Numbered from the stretch's first letter, positions 27,759 through 35,355 are shown. The stretch is DNA of 54,464 nt from Parcubacteria group bacterium GW2011_GWA2_40_14 (GCA_000996025.1 LBYF01000003.1:1-54464); one strand, 5' to 3'. Program-made: numbers and translations. Notes: a model not told the origin generated them from the sequence alone.

Positions 27759-28448
27759 ATGATTTTTTGGAATCAAAAAGAAGTCCTGTTTAGTGGAATA
27801 TCTGAATACGTCAATAAATACGGGGTAAAATCTGTCCTTGATATAGGCGCGGGCGACGGAAATCTAGCGTTGAAAATATCAAACATTATAAATGACTACA
27901 CTGCCATAGAAAATGACAATAGAAAAATCGAGAATTTGAGAAAACTTAGATTGAAAGTAATAAAAGGAAATTTTCCAGCGGTAAAAATTGCAAAAAAATA
28001 CGATTTAGTTCTTTCTTCACATTCTGTACCTGAAAATATTGAGGAAATCGAACAATTTTTAAAAGAAGCTTGTAGGTTGGTAAAATCAGGAGGTTTATTG
28101 CTCATCATTACCTTTAAGGGCGGAAAAGGAGATGTTTTTAAATTAAAAGAAAAATTAAAAAGAACTGCCGAAATAGCAGACAAGGAGCACTTCGAAAAAA
28201 TAAGTAATACTTTAAGAAAACTGGGAAAGATTAAGATTAAAAAGAAAATAAGTACAATTAAATCGGATAAGTTAAGGGATATTATCAAAATCGTACGATT
28301 TTCTTTAGGAAATTCAAAAAATCAAGAACTTAAGAAAAAAATAATAAGTTTAATGAAAAAACACTTTAAAACAAATGGTAAATACCTTTTTAAATTTGAA
28401 CATCTTTTTCTGTCATTGAAGAAATATGGTCGACAACATGCAAAATGA
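27759..28448 (+). CDS. Class I SAM-dependent methyltransferase
   Basis: VLDIGAGDGNLALKI motif I and GGLLLIITF motif. Confidence 0.7.
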   Translation: MIFWNQKEVLFSGISEYVNKYGVKSVLDIGAGDGNLALKISNIINDYTAIENDNRKIENLRKLRLKVIKGNFPAVKIAKKYDLVLSSHSVPENIEEIEQFLKEACRLVKSGGLLLIITFKGGKGDVFKLKEKLKRTAEIADKEHFEKISNTLRKLGKIKIKKKISTIKSDKLRDIIKIVRFSLGNSKNQELKKKIISLMKKHFKTNGKYLFKFEHLFLSLKKYGRQHAK

Positions 28449-28453
28449 AAAGT

Positions 28454-28543
28454 TTAAAAAAGTATTCCTTTTTTAAAAGATTTTTTTGTAAAAATTCCCT
28501 TCCCGGATATTTTACTTTTTGCAACATATAAATCTTTTTTCAT
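28454..28543 (-). pseudogene. SET-domain gene 5' remnant (29 codons)
   Basis: MKKDLYVAKSKISGKGIFTKKSFKKGILF*. About 92% identical over ~75 nt to the remnant at 30920-30997. Confidence 0.75.
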
Positions 28544-28740
28544 ATATAATGGTATTCTATTTATTCTATCAGATTGATAAAAAATATAATACAATCAAAA
28601 TAATGAAAAACCAAAAAAATATATTTTATAAAAAATCTACCTTTTCACATAAGTCCAGTGTGGATAAAAAATGGTTAATTTGATGATTGACAAAATAGAT
28701 TTTAAGTTTACTATGTAGGGTAGAATTGGGAGGTATGGGT

Positions 28741-29850
28741 ATGAGTTCATTTCAAGTAAAAATAGTTGGGGATTTTTGCAATATACGTTGTACTTATTGC
28801 AGGAATCGTGATTTTGATCAAGATACAAATGTAGTGATGTCTATTGAGAAACTCGAGAAACTCTTTGTCTTTCTCAATTCATTACCACAAGCACAGATTC
28901 GTACGAATTGGCATGGGGGAGAGCCGCTACTTGCGGGCAAAAGATTCTTCAGTCATGTTTTGAGGCTGGAGAGTCAATATCAGCAAAAAATGTGGCGAAA
29001 TGTCGTTCAAACAAACGCCATGCTTGTTGATGATGAGTGGGCCAAATTTTTTCACGATAATAACTTCCTTATAGGAGTGAGTATTGATGGAAGCGAGAAA
29101 ACACACAACAGTGACAGAATTAATGTTGCGGGACGCGATACCTACAAAGAAGCAATGCGTGGTGTGGAAATCCTGCGACATCATGACATTTTTCCTGGTG
29201 TCATCTGCACCGTTACCAAAAAGACAGTGAGATATGCGGAAGAAATGCTTCTTGGTTTGGTGAACGCTGGATTCAAGGATATCGCTTTCAACGCTTTCTA
29301 TAACACAGCATCAGACTGTAATGGAGATACATACGGTCTGACAGATAAAGAGTGGCTGACGTTTCTTATAGAAATATTTGAAACTTGGCTTACTCTCAAC
29401 GACCCTACAGTTCATGTTCGTGAGTTAGATAGCATGCTCGCATGGACCAAGTCCAAGAGCGCTAACTCCTGTGTCTACAAAGGTACGTGCCACCAGTGGT
29501 TTGTCGTGGATTACACTGGGGACATCTATCCTTGTGAGAGGTTGGGTAGGACAACTCACTTCGGTAGTATTGATACCTTGAGAACTTTTCAAGACTTGAT
29601 GGATACTCCAGTCTTTCTCAACTGGAAAGAATCGATAGTTCAACTTCCAAAGAAATGTCAAGCTTGCAGTTTACAGTCATTGTGCCATAATGGCTGTGTG
29701 AGTCATAGAACTGCAGATGAAGAGGGGGTTCCCCTCTATACTTATTGCGAAAGCAGACTCGGTTTCTATGATTACATTATGAGAAGGCTTGGCGGAAAGG
29801 AGGTAAACAACCATGTCACTCAAAAACAGTTCTTTGTTGGAATCCCCTGA
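28741..29850 (+). CDS. Radical SAM enzyme with C-terminal SPASM domain (peptide-maturase/anSME-like)
   Basis: CNIRCTYC (CxxxCxxC), GGEPLL, and SPASM Cys clusters (CVYKGTCHQWFVVDYTGDIYPC, CQACSLQSLCHNGC). GGGAGG SD. ATG 28741 or 28735. Confidence 0.85.
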   Translation: MSSFQVKIVGDFCNIRCTYCRNRDFDQDTNVVMSIEKLEKLFVFLNSLPQAQIRTNWHGGEPLLAGKRFFSHVLRLESQYQQKMWRNVVQTNAMLVDDEWAKFFHDNNFLIGVSIDGSEKTHNSDRINVAGRDTYKEAMRGVEILRHHDIFPGVICTVTKKTVRYAEEMLLGLVNAGFKDIAFNAFYNTASDCNGDTYGLTDKEWLTFLIEIFETWLTLNDPTVHVRELDSMLAWTKSKSANSCVYKGTCHQWFVVDYTGDIYPCERLGRTTHFGSIDTLRTFQDLMDTPVFLNWKESIVQLPKKCQACSLQSLCHNGCVSHRTADEEGVPLYTYCESRLGFYDYIMRRLGGKEVNNHVTQKQFFVGIP

Positions 29851-30013
29851 AGAAGTTAAAAAGCTCCAATCTCAACTGTTAGAGAATCTGGCGCTTCAAG
29901 ACGCATTTGGTCGGATCGAGGATCCTAGTCGCTTTTCATCGGGAATACCAAAAATCACGAGCTATGATGATTTCCACTACGACGATTGTGGATACTCTGA
30001 TGCTCCGACGTAG
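29813..30013 (+). CDS. 66-aa candidate precursor peptide
   Basis: AAAGGAGG SD inside the 3' end of the rSAM gene, with a 38-nt overlap. MSLKNSSLLESPEEVKKLQSQLLENLALQDAFGRIEDPSRFSSGIPKITSYDDFHYDDCGYSDAPT has a single Cys in a C-x3-D context. A strong terminator follows. Confidence 0.55.
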   Translation: MSLKNSSLLESPEEVKKLQSQLLENLALQDAFGRIEDPSRFSSGIPKITSYDDFHYDDCGYSDAPT

Positions 30014-30071
30014 ACCATGATCAATGACAACAGCAAAAACCGACTCGGAGGAAATCACCAGTCAGTTAAAA

Positions 30072-30101
30072 AGCGGGTTCGCAAAAACCCGCTTTTCTTT
30101 T
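30072..30101 (+). terminator. Rho-independent terminator
   Basis: AGCGGGTT/AACCCGCT stem followed by TTTCTTTT. Confidence 0.8.
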
Positions 30102-30112
30102 AATATGAACGT

Positions 30113-30901
30113 ATGATTAATAAAAATATTTTAATGTCCTATGACGAGTATTCAAAAATTCAGCATGAGACTCCATATTTTTATATTTTTCGATCAGGAG
30201 GTCGGTTAACTTATTATTTCGGTTCTAATCATTCTCATGATCCAAATCACCCGCAATTCAATTTATTAAGGAAAAAATGGAACGAATTTACCAGTGAGAC
30301 TAGAGCTGTGAAAACGGTAGTTATTGTGGAAGCACATGAAATAGCTAAATTAGAAGCTACCATGGAGGAATCTATTATCAAGCATGGTGAGTCAGGCGCT
30401 GGGGCCTATTTGGCGTATGAATTTGAGTCATTGCTTATTTTTGGAGAACCTCATAATGATAAAATAATTGCCCATTTACTTAGAAATTTTTCTAAAGAAG
30501 AAATCCTCTTGTGGCATGTATGTCAGGCTATAAAATTTTGGCAACAGCACAAAATGGGTAGAAGCATACAAGAATTTCTGTCAAATCAAACGCAGAAATA
30601 TCGTAGATTACTAAATTGGCCGGACTTAGTTATATCTGTAGAGCTTATTAATACAATATATAAAAAGCTATTTAATCGAGAGCTAAATATTGATAATGAA
30701 AAAACACTCTCTGAAATCACCACTCCCGTAAGCATTCAATCGAGGATCAATGAACTATCTAGAAGTCAATCTATATATAGAAATGAATATGTATTGGGTC
30801 AGATAGAGAAATATTGGAGCGAAGGATACAACATCTTTGTAATTTACGGGGCTGGTCATGCAGTAATGCAAGAACCTGCTATCCGTAGTTTAGTAAGCTA
30901 G
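30113..30901 (+). CDS. Hypothetical protein, possibly TraB/PrgY/GumN/Tiki-superfamily
   Basis: YFGSNHSHD (GxxH), VVIVEAHE and the C-terminal VIYGAGHAVMQEP (GAxH) fit the superfamily pattern. Weak, by-eye call. Confidence 0.4.
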   Translation: MINKNILMSYDEYSKIQHETPYFYIFRSGGRLTYYFGSNHSHDPNHPQFNLLRKKWNEFTSETRAVKTVVIVEAHEIAKLEATMEESIIKHGESGAGAYLAYEFESLLIFGEPHNDKIIAHLLRNFSKEEILLWHVCQAIKFWQQHKMGRSIQEFLSNQTQKYRRLLNWPDLVISVELINTIYKKLFNRELNIDNEKTLSEITTPVSIQSRINELSRSQSIYRNEYVLGQIEKYWSEGYNIFVIYGAGHAVMQEPAIRSLVS

Positions 30902-30919
30902 TTTCTAAATATTTTAATC

Positions 30920-30997
30920 TCATATTTTAAAAGATTTTTTTGTAAAAATCCCCTTCCCGGATATTTGACTTTTTGCAACGTATAGATCTTTTTTCAT
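30920..30997 (-). pseudogene. SET-domain gene 5' remnant (25 codons)
   Basis: MKKDLYVAKSQISGKGIFTKKSFKI*. Confidence 0.75.
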
Positions 30998-31031
30998 ATT
31001 TTATACATTCAGTATATTATAAAAAGTAATT

Positions 31032-31463
31032 TTAATTATTTTCTATTTCATTAACAACTTCCAATAACTTTTTTCTATAGTTTCCTATAATTCTATGGTC
31101 AGCTTTTGGAATAACGATAACTTTCCATCCACATTTTAGAGTTTTTGCAACCCTTTGAATTTCTTTTAAACACCACTTTTCTTTCTCGCCAACAAGAAAG
31201 ATTATTTTTTTTACTTTAAGAGTTTTTAGACTTTCTGCTGGAGTTGGTGAACACATAATAAGTGTTTTTACTTTATTTTTTTCAGCATGTATATAGGCTA
31301 GAATACAACCAAGACTGAACCCTACTAATACATCCACCCTTCCTATTTTGGGAGTAATGGTACTTTTGTTCCAGTCAATTCTAGGAATATGAAAATACTT
31401 TGAAAGAGACTTGTACTCAGACAAATCGCCAAGACCATATAAAAATGTGATTGCCTTTTTCAT
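31032..31463 (-). CDS. Small serine-hydrolase-like protein (alpha/beta fold?)
   Basis: GFSLG nucleophile-elbow motif and a late ADH motif. Only 143 aa. Confidence 0.5.
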   Translation of the reverse strand: MKKAITFLYGLGDLSEYKSLSKYFHIPRIDWNKSTITPKIGRVDVLVGFSLGCILAYIHAEKNKVKTLIMCSPTPAESLKTLKVKKIIFLVGEKEKWCLKEIQRVAKTLKCGWKVIVIPKADHRIIGNYRKKLLEVVNEIENN

Positions 31464-31473
31464 AATAAATGAT

Positions 31474-31499
31474 GAAAGACAGACTGAAATCTGTCTTTC
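31474..31499 (-). terminator. Hairpin between the DUF397 gene and the hydrolase gene
   Basis: Perfect 10-bp stem GAAAGACAGA/TCTGTCTTTC. Confidence 0.5.
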
Positions 31500-31505
31500 T
31501 GCGAG

Positions 31506-31745
31506 TTAAATATCAAACTCGCCTTTCTTGGCGCCATCCAGAAACGCATTCCATTCTGAATGGGTGAAGAACAGAGTGCCGTTGGCACGGTTCTTGCTAT
31601 CGCGGACAGCAACACCTTCAGGTTTGATTGCCACTTCAACGCAAACATATAACTTGCATCGCAAAGTACTTGATGATGTTTTGAAGTCGCCTTCCATGAC
31701 CTTGAACGATTTGTCCTGGCCTTGTTGGGCCGGTCCTGCTTTCAC
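31506..31745 (-). CDS. DUF397-domain protein
   Basis: FKTSSSTLRCKLYVCVEVAIKPEGVAVRDSKNRANGTLFFTHSEWNAFLDGAKKGEFD matches the DUF397 pattern (KSS.S....CVEVA....V.VRDSK...G..L.F....W.AF...K.GEFD). GTG start with GGAGG SD. Confidence 0.7.
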   Translation of the reverse strand: MKAGPAQQGQDKSFKVMEGDFKTSSSTLRCKLYVCVEVAIKPEGVAVRDSKNRANGTLFFTHSEWNAFLDGAKKGEFDI

Positions 31746-31855
31746 TTTTTTCTCACCTCCAATCCGAAAGAGCTAAAGTAAGTCACAGTTTGCTACCGAT
31801 GACTCCTGATTATAATCATATAGCATTATAATTTGTTGTCAACTATATTTCAGTC

Positions 31856-32371
31856 TTAATTTTCACTAGCTGTTTTAATTTTTTCCACTATAGCTGACCA
31901 GCTTTCGACTTTTGTCACTTTTGACAAAAATTGTTTGAACTCGTCAATTTCTGCTTGGTCAGGCTGATATAAAAACAGATGAGGCACAGTATTAACCATG
32001 TGACTTAAAACCTCAAGACGATCATCGACAAAACATGAAACGTTATTATCGCTACAAATTTTATCTTTTTCATGCCTTTCTCTGCAAAAGAAAACATTTT
32101 CTGGTTTTACTCCAGTTTTTGTGTAAAAATTATTATCCTTCAGCCAAGCTAAAATTTTTTCTTGTGCCCACGGGGTACATTTTGATATCAAAAAAATGTT
32201 CCCTTGAAATTTATTATCATTTAATTTTTTAATAGCATCAAACATGCCCTCTGCGGCGGGAATGGTCGAATATCGTTCCTCATGCAAAGTCTTATCTTCT
32301 TTATCTGTAAGACGATGATTAATAATAACATTACCAATATCAATACCCAGAGATTCTTTTTTTATTGTCAT
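31856..32371 (-). CDS. Hypothetical protein, paralog 1 (HAD-like layout, degenerate motif I)
   Basis: LGIDIGNVII ... FVDDRLEVLSHMV. Paralogous to 32436..32930. Start MTIKKE at 32371. Confidence 0.55.
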   Translation of the reverse strand: MTIKKESLGIDIGNVIINHRLTDKEDKTLHEERYSTIPAAEGMFDAIKKLNDNKFQGNIFLISKCTPWAQEKILAWLKDNNFYTKTGVKPENVFFCRERHEKDKICSDNNVSCFVDDRLEVLSHMVNTVPHLFLYQPDQAEIDEFKQFLSKVTKVESWSAIVEKIKTASEN

Positions 32372-32406
32372 AATAAAAATAATTATACACAAAAGTTAAC
32401 AAAATA

Positions 32407-32432
32407 CAGCCCCTCGACGGTTCGAGAGGCTG
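32407..32432 (-). terminator. Hairpin terminator between the two paralogs
   Basis: CAGCCCCTCGA/TCGAGAGGCTG stem. On the minus strand TATTTTGTT follows. Confidence 0.6.
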
Positions 32433-32435
32433 TTG

Positions 32436-32930
32436 CTAAACAAGCAGTGTTCGGACAATTTCATCCCACGATGTGACCAATTGAACATGAGGTAGAAAGT
32501 CTTGATACTGCTTGACTTCTTTTTGTTGTGGTTTAAGTAGGTACAGATTTTTCACCTTGTCAACAAGATAACTAAGTACTTCAAGACGATCATCAACGAA
32601 GTGAGTTGCTTGATACAAATCACATATCGAAGACTTGTCACGTCCATTTTTAGTCCTCATCACTTGTGCTGGATAAATACCAGTCCTACTGAAGAAGTCA
32701 TGCGACTTCAACCAAGACAAGATTTTTTGATCGGCAACATCCGAAGCGTTATAAACTACGAATATGTTGCCTGCAAATCTTTCCTGATTAAGCTGCCACA
32801 AAGCCTCGATGACTCCTGGCATCTGTGGAATCACATTATAATCTCCAGATTGAACAAACTCTGGAGTTGTCCCGAATCCTACGTGATCAATGATCACGTT
32901 TCCCAAATCAACACCAAAACTTTCTCTCAT
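32436..32930 (-). CDS. Hypothetical protein, paralog 2
   Basis: FGVDLGNVIIDH ... FVDDRLEVLSYLV. Same block order as 31856..32371 (GNIF, ILxWLK, F(Y/F)xxTG). Confidence 0.55.
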   Translation of the reverse strand: MRESFGVDLGNVIIDHVGFGTTPEFVQSGDYNVIPQMPGVIEALWQLNQERFAGNIFVVYNASDVADQKILSWLKSHDFFSRTGIYPAQVMRTKNGRDKSSICDLYQATHFVDDRLEVLSYLVDKVKNLYLLKPQQKEVKQYQDFLPHVQLVTSWDEIVRTLLV

Positions 32931-33033
32931 TACTCACCCACTTTCTAGATCTAATCTATTATCTACTATACATAACTTTATTTTTGTTGTCAAATCAAAT
33001 TTCAAAACATAATTTTTATAAATTCTCTCAACT

Positions 33034-33150
33034 TCATCCAGATTTTATTCCAGACAGAAGACATTTTGTATTCAACAAATTTTTAATATTCTCCCCGGCA
33101 AAAAGACCGATTTCATCTATTTTACTTACACTATGATAAATATGTTTCAT
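33034..33150 (-). pseudogene. SET-domain gene 5' remnant (38 codons)
   Basis: MKHIYHSVSKIDEIGLFAGENIKN, then unrelated sequence. About 90% nt identity to the first ~70 nt of the intact gene at 27108-27177. Confidence 0.8.
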
Positions 33151-33236
33151 ATTTTTTATAGTATATCATATAAAATTCTGTTTCTTCAATATCACTATTT
33201 TAATAGCTTGAAATTATACAATAAAGCCAAATTTTA

Positions 33237-33245
33237 TGGTATAAT
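33237..33245 (+). promoter_or_regulatory. Extended -10 promoter candidate (TGgTATAAT)
   Basis: TGGTATAAT, 17 nt before ATG 33263. Implies a very short leader. Confidence 0.4.
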
Positions 33246-33262
33246 AGCCAAACTCACAAACT

Positions 33263-33934
33263 ATGCAAAATATTTTTGAAAACAAATCAAAAGATGTCCT
33301 TGTTTTGTTTTCTGGTGGCAGAGATTCTTCTTCTGTCGCGGCTCTATTAGCTTTGGCTGGATATAAGATAAAACTATATACCTACCAAGCCGGTCTGCCG
33401 GAACTGACCGGACCACGAGGAGATTCCGCGCCAGATATTAGACATAAAGAACTTACACAAGCTTTTCCTGAAGATATTGACAGAGAAAGAATTATTGAGG
33501 GCAGTACATATTTGATTAGAAAACTAGCCATAGAAAAAACAAATATTGAACATGTTATCTACCCTATCGCCTTGGCGCTTGCGGTACACGCTAATGCCGT
33601 TTGCTATTGCTTAAAAAACAACATAAACACGATAGCTTCCGGATATTCCGGTTATCAAGCAAAAGAAGACAGGTATATTGAACAGAGCGGTGATTTTGTT
33701 TCACTGACTAAAGAATTTTTAGAGGAATATGATATCTCATATCTTACGCCAGTTATAGAAAAGTCTAAACTTGAAGTAATGGATATTTTGGAACGGCACA
33801 ATATCAGTTCCAATTCTCTTGAAAATAAATCTGTTTTTGGAGGAATTTCTTTTGATAAAGAAAAAGCCAAAGCTTTCTGGAAATCTTCTATTTCTTTATG
33901 TAGGGAATTTATAAAAAATATGCAAACCAGTTAA
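33263..33934 (+). CDS. PP-loop ATP pyrophosphatase (adenine nucleotide alpha-hydrolase, QueC/ExsB-like size)
   Basis: VLVLFSGGRDSS (SGGxDS PP-loop), 223 aa. Confidence 0.7.
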   Translation: MQNIFENKSKDVLVLFSGGRDSSSVAALLALAGYKIKLYTYQAGLPELTGPRGDSAPDIRHKELTQAFPEDIDRERIIEGSTYLIRKLAIEKTNIEHVIYPIALALAVHANAVCYCLKNNINTIASGYSGYQAKEDRYIEQSGDFVSLTKEFLEEYDISYLTPVIEKSKLEVMDILERHNISSNSLENKSVFGGISFDKEKAKAFWKSSISLCREFIKNMQTS

Positions 33935-33938
33935 AAGT

Positions 33939-34538
33939 ATGATAAAAAAAGATGCAACGTTATTGGTGACTTCTTCCTTATTAAAGAAAGCTGTGTATTT
34001 TGCGGCCAAAAAACATGACGGGCAATATCGCAAAGGAACAGATGTGCCATATTTTGCTCATCCAGTCTTGGTGGCATTAGGCGTTTTTAAATATTCACAG
34101 GATGAAAACGTGCTGGCAGTGGCAATTTTACACGATGTGATGGAAGATTGCGACGTTACATATACGGAACTGAAAGAGCTATTCGGCAGTAAGGTGGCCA
34201 ATATTGTCAAGGAAGTGAGTTCTCCGACAAATATACCGGTAAAAAACAGAAGCTGGAAAGATAGAAAGGTGTCGTATATGCGGCAAATTAAAAATATTTC
34301 AAAAGAAGCTTGCATTATCGTGGCGGTTGATAAAATGACCAATATGCAAGCGTATTTCGGAGCTACTGAAGCCAACAACAAAAAAAGTCTGGGTAAGTTC
34401 GGAGGTACATTAACGGATTATTTTTGGTATTATGGAGAAATATATAATATACTAAAATCAAATCTTGGAAATCATCCTGTTATAAAAGAATACGAAAAGC
34501 TTTTAAAAAATCATGAGAAAAACTTGCAAAAAGACTAG
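33939..34538 (+). CDS. HD-domain (p)ppGpp hydrolase-like protein (small alarmone hydrolase)
   Basis: AAKKHDGQYRKGTDVPYFAHPVLVA and AILHDVMEDCDVTYTELKELFGSKVANIVKEVS match the RelA/SpoT hydrolase (HD_4) blocks. Confidence 0.8.
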   Translation: MIKKDATLLVTSSLLKKAVYFAAKKHDGQYRKGTDVPYFAHPVLVALGVFKYSQDENVLAVAILHDVMEDCDVTYTELKELFGSKVANIVKEVSSPTNIPVKNRSWKDRKVSYMRQIKNISKEACIIVAVDKMTNMQAYFGATEANNKKSLGKFGGTLTDYFWYYGEIYNILKSNLGNHPVIKEYEKLLKNHEKNLQKD

Positions 34539-34578
34539 TATTCCACTAAGCTACTGTTAGAAAGGATGGTAAAAAAAG

Positions 34579-35067
34579 ATGGGTCAAGAGTTGATTCTCT
34601 TGTATCGAAAACTAATCGGTTGTTCCATTGAGTTTATTGCGGACGAGATTGCCACGACAGTTAAGCCGGTACTTTCGCAAAGTCCGACTATCAGCTACCG
34701 AATCAAAAGTCAAGACACACTGGCAAAAAAGATGATTCTGGTGAAGACAGAATCAATTATTGATATTGACGATGTGTATGCTTTCCGGATTCTCGTTTCC
34801 TCAGCGAACGAAGCATACTTGGTTCTTAAGGCGCTGACGAAGTCTTTCCGAGGTTTTTTAGACCATGACTATATTGCCAATCCAAAGACCCGTCCTGACA
34901 AACCTCATCTAGATGGAAAAAGTCTTAAGTTGCTTCAGTTCATCGCTTACAAAAACAACGTTCCATTTGAAATACAAATCACGACTTTTGAATGGAACGA
35001 GAGCAATGAATTGCTTCACGACGAATACCACCGAGAAAAATATCCAATTATAGACCATTCAGATTGA
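34579..35067 (+). CDS. RelA/SpoT-type nucleotidyltransferase (small alarmone synthetase; toxSAS candidate)
   Basis: YRIKSQDTLAKKM, DVYAFRILV and FEIQITTFEWNESNELLHDEYHREKY match the synthetase-domain blocks. Only 162 aa. Confidence 0.7.
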   Translation: MGQELILLYRKLIGCSIEFIADEIATTVKPVLSQSPTISYRIKSQDTLAKKMILVKTESIIDIDDVYAFRILVSSANEAYLVLKALTKSFRGFLDHDYIANPKTRPDKPHLDGKSLKLLQFIAYKNNVPFEIQITTFEWNESNELLHDEYHREKYPIIDHSD

Positions 35068-35073
35068 TAAGAA

Positions 35074-35187
35074 CTAATCTGAAGGGTCTTTTTTGTCTGC
35101 AACCAGTTTTTTTAATGTTAATATATCTTCTCCGACAAAGACGCCCATTCCATCTATTTTACTTTGAGCATGATATATTTGTTTCAT
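35074..35187 (-). pseudogene. SET-domain gene 5' remnant (37 codons)
   Basis: MKQIYHAQSKIDGMGVFVGEDILTLKK... Its upstream ATTTTATATAGTATATCAT is shared with the remnant at 33150. Confidence 0.75.
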
Positions 35188-35276
35188 ATTTTATATAGTA
35201 TATCATCCGTTTCATTGACAATAAAAGTGATTTGTGTAAAATAACATACAGATTTATGAAGAAAGGAGGTGAAAAT

Positions 35277-35348
35277 ATGGGATACCTGTATGCTGACAAG
35301 CCGGGTGTGGATAAACCACCACATCTTCCCAGACCGCGTCCAAGGTGA
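35277..35348 (+). CDS. 23-aa proline/arginine-rich peptide (oncocin-like core) or leader peptide
   Basis: AAAGGAGGTGAAAAT-ATG (ideal SD and spacing). MGYLYADKPGVDKPPHLPRPRPR*. Not in the track (short, and masked by the artificial 5' extension of the peptidase ORF). Confidence 0.5.
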   Translation: MGYLYADKPGVDKPPHLPRPRPR

Positions 35349-35355
35349 CAAAACA

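Noticed and set aside
28603-28683. 26-codon Lys-rich ORF (MKNQKNIFYKKSTFSHKSSVDKKWLI) upstream of the radical SAM gene as an alternative precursor peptide
   Set aside because: It has no SD, no Cys or other obvious crosslink residue, and lies in very AT-rich promoter DNA. The downstream 66-aa ORF with a strong SD is the better candidate.
31460-31776. ORFs 31460..31648 (minus) and 31528..31776 (plus)
   Set aside because: Both overlap the DUF397 gene, which has a strong family match, in other frames or on the other strand.
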